Of a stretch of DNA of 42,154 nt, positions 10,480-21,251 are shown piece after piece. A program made the translations under genes and the position numbers. The notes beneath the pieces are model-generated. The model was not told where the DNA came from, made no database searches, and was given only the letters and a program-made list of their open reading frames with translations. The stretch is from contig CAZPWZ010000003.1 in the NCBI GenBank assembly GCA_964590675.1, positions 1-42,154 on the forward strand, written 5' to 3'. Each line of letters begins with the position of its first letter. Position 1 is the stretch's first letter. This DNA is from an uncultured Draconibacterium sp. GTDB taxonomy: Bacteria; Bacteroidota; Bacteroidia; Bacteroidales; FEN-979.

Positions 10480-10731
10480 TTGCTATTGAGAATTATTTCC
10501 TTCTCAATCGACTGTAATTTAAAAGGTCAATAACCCAGATTATTCGATGATGAAATATCCATAAGAAAATCGTACATGTAAGCCGTGAATGATAATCATG
10601 TATATTCCAGATGGCCCAAAAAAATTAAATATTATCACATAAAAACAAGAGATTTTATCGAACGATTTTTATAATGGTGTGGCCAAAGAGAGCAGGACGA
10701 TGTTTGAAATAAAAGAGTAAAAAACAGAAGG

Positions 10732-11652
10732 ATGAAAATAGCAATTATAGGAACAGGGGGCGTTGGCGGCTACTTTGGCGGGAAACTTGCCAGGGCTGGG
10801 TACGATGTGACTTTTCTCGCCCGGGGCGAACACTTGAAAGCAATTCAACAAATCGGACTGACAATCAAAAGCATTCAGGGTGATTTTACAGTAGCTCCGG
10901 TTAAAGCCACTGACAGAATTAGCGCCATAGGATCAGTGGATCTTGTTATTCTGGCTGTAAAAGCATGGCAGGTTAAGGAGATCGGAAAAGAGCTGGCAGT
11001 TATGGCTGGCAGGGATACAATGGTTTTACCGTTGCAGAATGGTGTTTCGGCTGCCGGTGAACTGAAAGAAGTGCTTGAAGAGAAAAATATTATCGGAGGA
11101 TTATGCCGGATCATCAGCAAAATTGAATCTCCCGGGGTTATTAACCATTCAGGCATCGAGCCGGTCATCGTTTTTGGTGAACTTGACAATGCTGAAACAG
11201 ACCGGATCCGCAGCGTAAAGGCAGCATTCGATCGTGCAGGCATCACTGCGAGGATCTCTGATGATATCATGGCCGACCTGTGGAAAAAATTCATTCCGAT
11301 TTGTGTCAGCGGACTCCTGGCTGTTACACGAACAACATATGGAGAATTAAGGGAACTAAAAGAAACAAGACAATTGATGATTGAATTGATTGATGAAATT
11401 TTCAGGTTATCATGGAAAATCGGGATCCGGATCGAACCGGACTTTGTGGATAAAGCTATAGCATTCATTGATACTTTTCCCTATGATTCAACATCATCCC
11501 TGACCCGCGATATCCGGGAAGGGAAACCATCGGAACTTGAATATCAAAACGGGACAGTGGTTAAACTTGGTGAACTGTACAAGGTTGAAACACCGGTCAA
11601 CAGGTTTATTTACAATTGTCTTTTACCAATGGAGATAAAAGCAAGAAAATGA
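10732..11652 (+). CDS. panE: 2-dehydropantoate 2-reductase (ketopantoate reductase)
   Basis: IGTGGVGG, LAVK, LQNG, WKKF, SSL..D...GK.SE. Confidence 0.9.
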   Translation: MKIAIIGTGGVGGYFGGKLARAGYDVTFLARGEHLKAIQQIGLTIKSIQGDFTVAPVKATDRISAIGSVDLVILAVKAWQVKEIGKELAVMAGRDTMVLPLQNGVSAAGELKEVLEEKNIIGGLCRIISKIESPGVINHSGIEPVIVFGELDNAETDRIRSVKAAFDRAGITARISDDIMADLWKKFIPICVSGLLAVTRTTYGELRELKETRQLMIELIDEIFRLSWKIGIRIEPDFVDKAIAFIDTFPYDSTSSLTRDIREGKPSELEYQNGTVVKLGELYKVETPVNRFIYNCLLPMEIKARK

Positions 11653-11665
11653 TAAATTGGATCTG

Positions 11666-11730
11666 AAAATAATCCATTAATCTGTTTCAGATCGATTCAG
11701 CAAATCTTTCGCGGTTATTTTGCACAAAAA
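11666..11730 (+). promoter_or_regulatory. Promoter copy 1 of a duplicated 65-bp upstream module
   Basis: 53/65 ungapped identity with 12887-12951; contains GTTATTTTG -7-like box. Confidence 0.65.
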
Positions 11731-11768
11731 TGATAAACAAACCAGATAAACACAAAACACAAAAAAGC

Positions 11769-12830
11769 ATGAAGACTTTGAAAAAACTCGTATTTGCACT
11801 CTTCGCAATAACTATGATGACAACTGCTTTCGGGCAATCTGTTACGCAAAAAAAATCAAAAGGAAGCCTGAGAGATAAAATTAACCATGGTTCGTCCATT
11901 CAGAAATCACTGGCTTCGGGGGACTATTCCTTTTCCGGAACAACCGGGACCTATGCAGAGCTGACAGACGCCATTTCCATTAACAATGGTCAGCTTTGGG
12001 ACGATCCTATAGGTTCCGTTCCCATTGGATTTACCTTTAAACTATATGACATTATGCTTGATACCGTTTATTTCGGGATGGGATTGGGAGGATTGGTGTC
12101 AAGTGCAATAGATATAAACTTTGAAGCTGACTATGCGATTATCCCGTTTGAAGCAGATTTAATTGACCGGGGAGAGCTTGCCGGAATTTCCCAGTCGCCT
12201 ATCAGTTACAAGCTGGAAGGCAATGCCGGGAGCAGAATCTTAAAAATAGAGTGGAAAAATGCCGGCTTTGTGGGTGAGATTGGAGCATTGGGGACACTGG
12301 ATGATTACGTTAATTTCCAGGTATGGCTCTTTGAAGGATCCAATGACATCGAAATGCATTATGGTCCGAGTATGGTATCAAATCCGGTTATAAGCTATGA
12401 AGGAGAAACAGGGGCATTCGTCGGCGTTTCCGATAAAGATCTAGTCAATTCCTATCTGTTGTCGGGAAGCCCGGATAATCCTGAGTTATCCGACACCCTG
12501 GTGACGCTGGACGGAACGCCTGCAGACGGCACCATTTACAGGTTTTCGAACCTGACTGCAGGCGTTGATGATGATAAGCCCGAAAAGATTCAGGTTAAAA
12601 TTTTCCCCAATCCGGTTCAGCAGGTTGCAACAGTGCGTATCAGCCACGGCAACCTGAACCATGCTGAATTCCTGTTGTTCGACACTTTTGGCAGAATTGT
12701 AAAAACGATTCGCAACATTCAAACGAATGAGTTTTCTGCCGATTGTACTGATCTTGAAAGGGGTTTATACCTCTACCAGTTAACGGATCAGGGGAAATTT
12801 ACAGTAACCGGAAAAGTTGTTGTTGAATAA
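11769..12830 (+). CDS. T9SS type A sorting domain protein
   Basis: Signal peptide; C-terminal IFPNP...GLYLY...GKVVVE. Confidence 0.88.
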   Translation: MKTLKKLVFALFAITMMTTAFGQSVTQKKSKGSLRDKINHGSSIQKSLASGDYSFSGTTGTYAELTDAISINNGQLWDDPIGSVPIGFTFKLYDIMLDTVYFGMGLGGLVSSAIDINFEADYAIIPFEADLIDRGELAGISQSPISYKLEGNAGSRILKIEWKNAGFVGEIGALGTLDDYVNFQVWLFEGSNDIEMHYGPSMVSNPVISYEGETGAFVGVSDKDLVNSYLLSGSPDNPELSDTLVTLDGTPADGTIYRFSNLTAGVDDDKPEKIQVKIFPNPVQQVATVRISHGNLNHAEFLLFDTFGRIVKTIRNIQTNEFSADCTDLERGLYLYQLTDQGKFTVTGKVVVE

Positions 12831-12886
12831 TCAGAAATGCTGCACATTATCAACAGAATCATCAGTACCGCCTGGTTTGTTAGTTA

Positions 12887-12951
12887 AAAATAGTCCATTA
12901 ACCTGTTACAGGTCGATAATGGAAATTTTTCCCGGTTATTTTGTGCAAAAA
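12887..12951 (+). promoter_or_regulatory. Promoter copy 2 of a duplicated 65-bp upstream module
   Basis: 53/65 ungapped identity with 11666-11730. Confidence 0.65.
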
Positions 12952-12977
12952 AACATGAACCAATAATTTTTTGCACT

Positions 12978-14411
12978 ATGAAAACATCGTTGCTGACAGT
13001 AATTCTGATTTTATTATTTGGGAGTATGTTATATTCACAAACAATTCCCCCTGACAGTTTATATCTTGGGCAAACCCCTCCGGGAAATACGCCGCAGATA
13101 TTTGCACCGGGAATTATATCCATTCCCGGAAGATTGGAATATGGTATTACCATTTCACCGGCAGGGGATGAAATGATGTTTGCGCTAGGGAACTGGCCAT
13201 ATAAACGCACCATGATCCTGAAATATGAAAACAACCACTGGACAAGCCCGGACACAGTTTCTTTTTCAACTACCCGGTCGGCCGAGGAGGCCATTTATTC
13301 GCCCAATGGTGAACGGGTTTATTACTACGCCTATAGCCCTCCCAACCCGGTAGGCGGGGCCGATTTATGCTACAGCGTGAAAAACGGTTCGGCCTGGAGC
13401 GAACCAATTAACCTTGGAACGCCTCTGAATACTACCCAGGATGAATATCACCCCTGTGTTGTCGCCGACAGTTCCGTTTACTTTGAGAACGTTGCCGGAA
13501 AAATCTGCTATTCGAAATTCCAGAATGGCGCTTACCTGCCAAGGATTCTGATGCCCGCACTGTTCAACGATCCAAACCAGGCCTGGGGCAATCCCTATGT
13601 GTCGCCAGACGAGGACTACTTTATTTTCAACTCTTCCCGGCCGGGTGGTTTCGGAGGCACTGATCTGTATATTGCCTATAAAAAAATTGACGGTACATGG
13701 ACCAACCCAAAGAACCTGGGTAATATAATAAACACCTCTGCCAATGAATGCGGATCTGAAATCACCGACGATGCTTTATACATGACCTATGTATCGAATA
13801 ACGATATTTACTGGGTGGGTTCCGGTTTCATCGACAGCCTGAAGTATACCAATTTCATCCCTTATGTTTTAAATCGTATCCCCGAGCAGACCGCCATCCT
13901 GGGCGAAATGTTCAACTTTACCATTCCCGACACCACCTTTGTCGATGATGACGGCAATCACACCCTCACCTACAGTGCAAAACTCAGCCACGGAGACCCT
14001 TTGCCTTCGTGGTTGACATTCGACTCGGTTACCGCCACTTTCAGTGGAACCCCTTTACTCATCGAATACCTGCCTGTCATGATAACAGCGACCGATACGG
14101 CCGGAGCATCCGATTCAACCGACCTGAAATTATCGGTCCTTCCACATGTATCCATTGACCCGGTAAGCGGAAAGCGGGGGCAGGTGATCATCTTTCCAAA
14201 TCCGACAACCGGGTTGATAAACATCAGGCTGAACTCCGACTCAGACCAAATTGCAACGGCTGAGGTATACTCGACGCAGGGTAAGATCATCAGCACCGAG
14301 AGGTTCAGGCATATCACCTGCATTGATATGACCGGTCATCCGAAGGGGATGTATATTTTAAAACTGCAGGTTGATAATGAAATAACTGTCGACAAGATAT
14401 ATATTCAATAG
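12978..14411 (+). CDS. T9SS cargo with PD40/TolB-like propeller repeats and a cadherin-like/He_PIG Ig domain
   Basis: YLGQTPPG, SSRPGGFGGTDLY, LPSWLTFD...FSGTP, C-terminal IFPNP...GMYILK. Confidence 0.85.
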   Translation: MKTSLLTVILILLFGSMLYSQTIPPDSLYLGQTPPGNTPQIFAPGIISIPGRLEYGITISPAGDEMMFALGNWPYKRTMILKYENNHWTSPDTVSFSTTRSAEEAIYSPNGERVYYYAYSPPNPVGGADLCYSVKNGSAWSEPINLGTPLNTTQDEYHPCVVADSSVYFENVAGKICYSKFQNGAYLPRILMPALFNDPNQAWGNPYVSPDEDYFIFNSSRPGGFGGTDLYIAYKKIDGTWTNPKNLGNIINTSANECGSEITDDALYMTYVSNNDIYWVGSGFIDSLKYTNFIPYVLNRIPEQTAILGEMFNFTIPDTTFVDDDGNHTLTYSAKLSHGDPLPSWLTFDSVTATFSGTPLLIEYLPVMITATDTAGASDSTDLKLSVLPHVSIDPVSGKRGQVIIFPNPTTGLINIRLNSDSDQIATAEVYSTQGKIISTERFRHITCIDMTGHPKGMYILKLQVDNEITVDKIYIQ

Positions 14412-14495
14412 GGGTGAAGTTTTTGGTGTGGCAAATTTTCCCGGGATTAAAAATATTCTGTTTCATAACGTATAAGTTTTAAGGATAAAAAAATC

Positions 14496-16013
14496 ATGAA
14501 AACACTTTTCAATGTCGCATTGCTTTTTATGGGTATTGTTTCCAATATTTTCGCCCAGAAAGTTGATTTTTCAGCCTACCTGGCTTCCAGCGGGGGAGTG
14601 CACACTTCTACTCCTTCGGTGGTTGATAAGGGGGGAAATATATTTGTTGCAGGTGGAACAAGAGGCGGGCTAAAGGTAACTAGCGATGCTTTTCAAAAAA
14701 AGTACAACGGGCATACGGATAAGGATGTGACCGGGGGCGATGCATTTTTAATGAAGTTGTCGCCCGCGGGAGAATTAATTTACGCAACGTATATTGGCGG
14801 TTCAGGCTCAGAGTATTATTGTTTAAAAATGACCCTTGATGATTCCGGCAACGTTTATGTTGGCTTTACAACAGAATCACCGGATTTGCCGGTTTCAGAA
14901 AATGCGTATCAAAAATCACTGAAAGGTGAAAATGATCATTACATTATTAAGTTCAGCAATGATTGCAGGTATATTGCTTCCACTTATCTCGGAGGTTCAG
15001 GAAGCGATCACTGGACAACACTCGCCGTCCATCATAATTCTTTGTATTTATTCGGAAAAAGCAGGTCGCAGGATTTTCCCACAACACAAAAAGTTATTCA
15101 AAAAATGTATGATAATTCAGCGCCACCTGACAGCAACCAGTCATGGATGGCCGGGGATATAACCATCACGACATTATCCCTGAATCTTGATAAAGTTGAA
15201 CATTCCACCTATTTGGGGGGAAAATCCCTGGACTATATCAGATCCTTTTCTTTCAATCCGAAGGGAAAAATCATGCTTGTCGGCGCGACCTATTCCGATA
15301 ATTTCCCTGTCTCAAAAAATGCTTATCAAAAAACCATGGTTGGGAAACAGGATGGCTTTTTAACAATCGTCAGCAAAAATCTCTCTCAAATTGAGTATTC
15401 AACCTTCATCGGGGGAGATTCAACCGATCAGGTCAATGCTGTTTTTATCGGGGATGCAGATAATATTATTCTTGCCGGTGAAACAAAATCGCCTGATTTC
15501 CCGGTCACATCCGATGCTGTGAACGTAAAATATGCTGGCGGAAACGCTGATGGTTTTATCATGAAATTCAGTTTACAATCGAATAAGCCGGTTTATTCAT
15601 CATTCATTGGTGGTTCAAAAACCGATTGGCTGAAATATGTGGCAAGAACCGAAGATCAAAAATATGTATTGGTCGGCACCTCGGCATCAAAAGACTTCAT
15701 AGTGACCAAAGATGCCCTGTATCCATCGATCAGCGGGGGAATGGACCTGGTTATATTAATCCTCGACAAATCATTGAAGAATATTGAATATTCCACCTAC
15801 GGAGGAGGTTCAAAGCAGCGGGTCATGGATCCGGTTGTCAACTATGTCAAAGGGGGAAAGTTGCTGATATCATCCATGTGTGTTTCTCCGGATTTTCCTG
15901 CAACATTTAAATTCGCTGAGCCGGATAGCACCTGGACGAATTGCATCTGGAAGTTTGATCTGAACTGCCAGCCACATTTAAACGGGAAAAAAACACCATC
16001 AGTATCCCGATAA
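14496..16013 (+). CDS. Secreted SBBP/beta-propeller repeat protein
   Basis: Repeated YSTYLGGS..D and G.T.S.DFP motifs; signal peptide; no T9SS CTD. Confidence 0.8.
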   Translation: MKTLFNVALLFMGIVSNIFAQKVDFSAYLASSGGVHTSTPSVVDKGGNIFVAGGTRGGLKVTSDAFQKKYNGHTDKDVTGGDAFLMKLSPAGELIYATYIGGSGSEYYCLKMTLDDSGNVYVGFTTESPDLPVSENAYQKSLKGENDHYIIKFSNDCRYIASTYLGGSGSDHWTTLAVHHNSLYLFGKSRSQDFPTTQKVIQKMYDNSAPPDSNQSWMAGDITITTLSLNLDKVEHSTYLGGKSLDYIRSFSFNPKGKIMLVGATYSDNFPVSKNAYQKTMVGKQDGFLTIVSKNLSQIEYSTFIGGDSTDQVNAVFIGDADNIILAGETKSPDFPVTSDAVNVKYAGGNADGFIMKFSLQSNKPVYSSFIGGSKTDWLKYVARTEDQKYVLVGTSASKDFIVTKDALYPSISGGMDLVILILDKSLKNIEYSTYGGGSKQRVMDPVVNYVKGGKLLISSMCVSPDFPATFKFAEPDSTWTNCIWKFDLNCQPHLNGKKTPSVSR

Positions 16014-16104
16014 GCACCCCTGTCATATTTCGTTTTTACACTGGTTACCAGCCAGCTACTTTTGTTTCATGAATTTTTCAATTATCAATTAAAATCAGAA
16101 AAAA

Positions 16105-16689
16105 ATGAAAACAAAAGGATTGGCATTCATAATGCTTGTAGTATTATCAATGAGCAGTTTTGCTCAGGAATCTGAAAAACGATTTGGAATAGAACTTAAC
16201 AGTGGATTATCCGTTGCAACAAAAAGCATTGATGGCGCAAGCCTTAATCCGGGATTTGGCTTAGAGTTCACATTGCACCTCCGCTTTTTGTCTCATCTGG
16301 GAGTTTATGCAGGATGGGGATGGAACAGGTTTGGCGCTGATGAATCTTTTGCCGGCAATGATGTTTGTTTTGAAGAAACAGGTTATGTTCTCGGACTAAA
16401 CTTTAAACACCCGATTGGCAATTCAAAATTAGCGTTTTATCTCAGGGCTGGTGGATTATACAATCATATCGAAACCGAAAATACCGATGGTGACATTATT
16501 CATGATAGTAAACACGGATTTGGATATCAGCTGGCAGGCGGCCTGGACATTAATTTAGGCAAAAACTGGAGTCTTACTCCAGGGCTTAAGTTTAACTCCC
16601 TGGCATGGGATACTGATTTCGAGGGAACACGAACAAAACTTGATTATCAATACATATCAGTAAGAATTGGAATTGCAAAGAGGTTTTGA
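16105..16689 (+). CDS. Outer-membrane beta-barrel protein
   Basis: Signal peptide, alternating beta strands, terminal Phe. Confidence 0.8.
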   Translation: MKTKGLAFIMLVVLSMSSFAQESEKRFGIELNSGLSVATKSIDGASLNPGFGLEFTLHLRFLSHLGVYAGWGWNRFGADESFAGNDVCFEETGYVLGLNFKHPIGNSKLAFYLRAGGLYNHIETENTDGDIIHDSKHGFGYQLAGGLDINLGKNWSLTPGLKFNSLAWDTDFEGTRTKLDYQYISVRIGIAKRF

Positions 16690-16751
16690 CGCTGCGAAAC
16701 ACTGAACTTTCGTATTTTTGGAGTGAATCATGCGTACAATAACTTACAGAC

Positions 16752-17834
16752 ATGTTTTTCAGAAATATTCATAGCTATTTTTCGTTCAGGCGATTTTTTT
16801 CGCTTTTGGCCGGATTAGCCATCGCGATACAATTTATCATTATAGTCTATAACCACCTGAACGGGTATCATGTTCTGAATAGTCCGGCTCATTTTTTTTC
16901 AAGACTGTTAATTGGTTCATTGCTTAGTTTAATGACAGGTTTTTTAATAGCCTATCCTGATTTATATGTAATTCGTTACCTGAACAAAACTGCACCATGG
17001 GGCAAAAATATTTTAAAAAGAGTTATTATACAGTTAGGGTATACAGTCTTAATAGCCTCCATGATTGCCATTTTAATTACATTGCTGGTAAACTGGATTA
17101 AAGTTTATGAGGATGATATTGCAGGTGTTATAATAACCAATGTATTGATCTATATCGTTGTTAATATTTTGGTGATGGCCATTTTTGATGGCTGGATTCT
17201 GTTTATTGAGAACCGGCAGGCAATGCAGATTGCTGAAAATCTTAAGGAAGAACTTACCCAGATCAAGTTTGAGGTGCTCAAGAGTCAGATCAATCCCCAT
17301 TTTATGTTTAACAGTCTCAACGTGCTTTCGGGACTGATTAATGTGGATGTTCGCAAAGCACAGTTGTTCATTGATGAGTTTTCGCATATATACCGGTATG
17401 TCCTTGAAACCATCGAAGAGCCAGTGGTCTCACTTAATAAGGAACTGGAATTTATGCGTTCGTATCTTTTCCTGCAACAAATCAGGTATGGCAATTCCTT
17501 AACCTATTCTGTTAATATTCCGGCTGAATTGCTTCCAATGTTAGTGCCGCCGCTTTCATTGCAGGTGTTGCTTGAAAATGCGATGAAGCACAATATTGTC
17601 AATGAAGAAAAGCCGCTAAAAATTGAGATCTACAGTGAAGGGGATTTTCTTTTTATTAAAAACCCGGTTCAACCAAAAATTTCAGGAACCTCCACAGGGC
17701 TGGGGCTCAAAAACCTGATTAAAAGATATGCATTAATAAGCAGCCTGGAACCGAAATTTGAGGTTGCGGATAATTATTACATTGCCAGAATACCTTTAAT
17801 TAAAGTTGAGCAGGATGAACGTACTGATCATTGA
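16752..17834 (+). CDS. LytS-type sensor histidine kinase
   Basis: TM helices; LKSQINPHFMFNSLN, LENAMKHN, TGLGL. Confidence 0.93.
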   Translation: MFFRNIHSYFSFRRFFSLLAGLAIAIQFIIIVYNHLNGYHVLNSPAHFFSRLLIGSLLSLMTGFLIAYPDLYVIRYLNKTAPWGKNILKRVIIQLGYTVLIASMIAILITLLVNWIKVYEDDIAGVIITNVLIYIVVNILVMAIFDGWILFIENRQAMQIAENLKEELTQIKFEVLKSQINPHFMFNSLNVLSGLINVDVRKAQLFIDEFSHIYRYVLETIEEPVVSLNKELEFMRSYLFLQQIRYGNSLTYSVNIPAELLPMLVPPLSLQVLLENAMKHNIVNEEKPLKIEIYSEGDFLFIKNPVQPKISGTSTGLGLKNLIKRYALISSLEPKFEVADNYYIARIPLIKVEQDERTDH

Positions 17835-18570
17835 AGATGAAAGCTTTGCCGCCGACAAATTGGAAAGGATGCTGAAGGAAGTTGACCCGTCCATCAATAT
17901 TCTTGCAAAATTAGGTTCCATTAAAGAATCAGTAAAGTGGCTTTCCCTGAATACCGCTGATCTGATCTTTCTCGATATTCAGCTTTCCGATGGCATCAGT
18001 TTTAATATTTTTGAGCAGGTTTCCATAACTACTCCGGTTATTTTCACTACCGCTTATGATGAGTATGCCATAAAAGCGTTTCAACTCAATAGCATCTCTT
18101 ATTTATTGAAACCCATTCGACAGCGCGATCTCGCGGAAAGTCTTCAAAAATACCGAAGCCTGAAATCTGCATTCAGCATTGATTACGATTTGCTTTTGGC
18201 CAATATACGGGGAAAAGAACCCGATTTTAAGAAGCGGTTTCTGATACAGATTGGAGAAAAGATCAGAAAAATCGAAGTGTCGGAAATTGCCTATTTCTAT
18301 GTCCTCGAAAAAAATGTTTACCTGCGGACTTTCCAGGGAAACAATTATAGCATCGAATACACCCTCGACAAACTGGAAACCATGCTAAACCCCTCGGTTT
18401 TTTTCAGGATAAACAGAAAATACATGGTGAACATGGATTCCATTGCGAATATGGTGGCATATTCACGCGGTCGTGTTAAACTGGATCTGAAACCGAATGC
18501 CGACGATGAGTTCGATACGGTAGTCAGCATCGATCGTTCTGCTGATTTCAAAAAGTGGCTGAACAGCTGA
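17815..18570 (+). CDS. LytTR family response regulator
   Basis: IIEDE, FLDIQL, YLLKP, FFRINR. Confidence 0.95.
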   Translation: MNVLIIEDESFAADKLERMLKEVDPSINILAKLGSIKESVKWLSLNTADLIFLDIQLSDGISFNIFEQVSITTPVIFTTAYDEYAIKAFQLNSISYLLKPIRQRDLAESLQKYRSLKSAFSIDYDLLLANIRGKEPDFKKRFLIQIGEKIRKIEVSEIAYFYVLEKNVYLRTFQGNNYSIEYTLDKLETMLNPSVFFRINRKYMVNMDSIANMVAYSRGRVKLDLKPNADDEFDTVVSIDRSADFKKWLNS

Positions 18571-18666
18571 AGAATTCATTATTAACCAAGTTCGCCCTGT
18601 TAACCAATGCCCAAAGACAATTCCAAACGCTGTTTCCACGCTCTTACCCTTTAATAATTTTCGCTA

Positions 18667-19920
18667 ATGAAAGAAGCAATTTTTTTATGCCTTATGCTTG
18701 CAACTTTATCATGTTATTCTCAGCATGAAACCAAATTACACTTCGATAAACCGGAAAAAGCGGGTATGGCATCTGAAAGATTAGATCGTATTAAGCAGGT
18801 CATGCAGCGATATGTAGATGAAAATAAGCTTCCGGGTATGATAACAATGGTTGCCCGCCACGGTAAAGTTGTCCATTTTGAAAAGTATGGATTGATGGAT
18901 GTTGGTAAACCCATGCAATTTAATGCTATTTTCAGGATGGCGTCGATGACCAAGCCGGTGACCAGTGTTGCAGTTATGATGTTATACGAGGAGGGGCATT
19001 TTCAATTGGATGACCCGGTTGGTAATTATATACCCGAATTCAAGGATATGAAAGTATTTTCATCCATTGACCAGGATGGAATACATACTGTGGATGCAAT
19101 ACGACCAATGACCATTCGCGATCTTTTAACCCACACCTCCGGACTGAGTGGCGTTGGGGCGGATTCTCCTGTTGATTCTATGTATAGAGAGGCGAATCTG
19201 TCCGACGGAACCTTAAAAGAAATGATTCACAATCTTGCAAAAATTCCACTTTTATACCAACCTGGCACAAGATGGAATTATAGCAGATCAACGGATGTTT
19301 TAGGTTATTTGGTGGAAGTTATTTCAGGTAAACCCTTTGATGTGTTTTTAAGGGAACGCATATTCAAACCATTAAAAATGAGCGATACTGATTTCTATGT
19401 GCCTATAGAGAAATTAGAGCAGGTGGCTGCTGTATATGCCCCGGATTCAATTGGAATTAAAGTAATCATGAAACCGGATGTGGATAATATTTCTAAGCCT
19501 GCAAAGTTTTTATCAGGTAACGGAGGACTTGTTTCCACTGCCACCGATTATATGATTTTTTCCCAGATGTTACTGAATAAAGGGAAATATAATGGGGTGC
19601 GACTTTTGGGAAGAAAAACCGTTGAATTTATGACCACAAATCATCTGTCAAACGAGATCATGCCTGATGATGATTTTTTTGGTCCATTAATGTCCGGAAT
19701 GGGTTTTGGATTTGGTTTTGCGGTATTAAAGGACAGCATAAATTCCAATATGATAGGTTCAAAAGGGTCATATTGGTGGTCAGGATCTGGTAATACTTAT
19801 TTTTACATCGATCCAAAAGAAAATTTAGTTTTTATCTTAATGACTCAGTTTGTTCCGAATTTTTATTATCCGGTTTTTAAGCAATTAAGGGTTTTGGGTT
19901 ACCAGGCTATCGTTGATTAA
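18667..19920 (+). CDS. Serine hydrolase, beta-lactamase/class C esterase family
   Basis: SMTK (SxxK), LLTHTSG, WNYS, GGLVST. Confidence 0.9.
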   Translation: MKEAIFLCLMLATLSCYSQHETKLHFDKPEKAGMASERLDRIKQVMQRYVDENKLPGMITMVARHGKVVHFEKYGLMDVGKPMQFNAIFRMASMTKPVTSVAVMMLYEEGHFQLDDPVGNYIPEFKDMKVFSSIDQDGIHTVDAIRPMTIRDLLTHTSGLSGVGADSPVDSMYREANLSDGTLKEMIHNLAKIPLLYQPGTRWNYSRSTDVLGYLVEVISGKPFDVFLRERIFKPLKMSDTDFYVPIEKLEQVAAVYAPDSIGIKVIMKPDVDNISKPAKFLSGNGGLVSTATDYMIFSQMLLNKGKYNGVRLLGRKTVEFMTTNHLSNEIMPDDDFFGPLMSGMGFGFGFAVLKDSINSNMIGSKGSYWWSGSGNTYFYIDPKENLVFILMTQFVPNFYYPVFKQLRVLGYQAIVD

Positions 19921-20128
19921 TCCTTTTTTCAATATCCTCATTGGAATGAAGGGGAATAAATTGCTTAAACCATCAATTTCAACTTGATATCCAGCACTGA
20001 ATTTTCGCTGTTCCGGAATCCTTCAGTTTGTGATTTTTGCCTTTCAATCGCTGGAGTTGCACCCTCATCATGTTTAATTTTTCTTTTTGAAATAGCAGGA
20101 ATAGTTTTGTCGTAAAATACAACAACAA

Positions 20129-21241
20129 ATGAGTTTTTTTATAAAAACAATTTCTCGTATGATACTTATTTCGATTTCAGTTCTGGCGGTATTGATCCTT
20201 TTACTGGCAATTGTATTACTGATTTACAGCCCCGGAAAACCGCAACCATTCCTGGATAATAACGGAAATATTCTGGCCGGGAGCATTTCCGAAAAAGTAT
20301 ATATAGATATAAATGGAATGAAACAGGGGATGTTTGTTCAGGGCAAAGATTCTGCCAATCCCGTGTTGCTTTACCTTCATGGCGGGATCCCGGATTATTT
20401 TCTGACTAAGAGATACCCAACAGGTCTTGAAGACTATTTCACTGTGGTCTGGTGGGACCAACGGGGGGCCGGTCTTTCATACAACGCCGGCATTCCTAAG
20501 GATCCGATGACACTGGAACAAATGATATCGGATACAAGGGAGGTGACGAACTACCTGCGTAAGCGCTTCAGGCAGGACAAGATCTACCTCATGGGACGTT
20601 CGGGCGGAACCTTTATTGGCGTTCATGTGGCTGCACAGGCACCTGAATTATACTACGCTTACATTGGGATTGCCCAGATGTCGGACCAGTTAAAATCAGA
20701 AAAAATGGCGCATGAATATATGCTGAAAGAATACAGGGAGGCAAGGAACAGGAAAATGGTAGGAAAATTGGAGGCCTCACCGGTAACAGACGTAATTCCT
20801 GACGGATACCTTAATCTGCGTGATGAAGCCATGCATACCATTGGTGTTGGCACAACACGTGACATGACTTCGATAATAACCGGTATCTTTTTACCATCGC
20901 TTGCGTGCAAAGACTACACATTTTCTGAGAAGATCAATCTGTGGCGAGGTAAAGCTAGGGCTGGTGTTCACCCGCTGTGGGATACGATTCTGTCAACTGA
21001 TTTATCCAAACAAGTTCCTGAGCTGGACATCCCGGTCTATTTTTTTCATGGCATCTATGATTACACCGTTTCGTACGATTTGGCAAAGGACTATTTCAAA
21101 AAGATAGAGGCACCCCTGAAAGGATTTTACACATTTGAAAAATCAGCTCACAGTCCGATGTTTGAAGAACCTGAAAGGGTCATAAAAATTTTGCGAACAG
21201 ACGTTTTGAATGGAAGTTGCAGTCTTGCTGATAAAAAGTAA
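20129..21241 (+). CDS. Membrane-anchored alpha/beta hydrolase (proline iminopeptidase-like)
   Basis: LHGG, WDQRGAG, GRSGG, SAHSP. Confidence 0.85.
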   Translation: MSFFIKTISRMILISISVLAVLILLLAIVLLIYSPGKPQPFLDNNGNILAGSISEKVYIDINGMKQGMFVQGKDSANPVLLYLHGGIPDYFLTKRYPTGLEDYFTVVWWDQRGAGLSYNAGIPKDPMTLEQMISDTREVTNYLRKRFRQDKIYLMGRSGGTFIGVHVAAQAPELYYAYIGIAQMSDQLKSEKMAHEYMLKEYREARNRKMVGKLEASPVTDVIPDGYLNLRDEAMHTIGVGTTRDMTSIITGIFLPSLACKDYTFSEKINLWRGKARAGVHPLWDTILSTDLSKQVPELDIPVYFFHGIYDYTVSYDLAKDYFKKIEAPLKGFYTFEKSAHSPMFEEPERVIKILRTDVLNGSCSLADKK

Positions 21242-21251
21242 GAATTTTTAT

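Noticed and set aside
18667-19920. Beta-lactam resistance gene
   Set aside because: The motifs fit the broad esterase-like serine hydrolase family; nothing specific for a true beta-lactamase.
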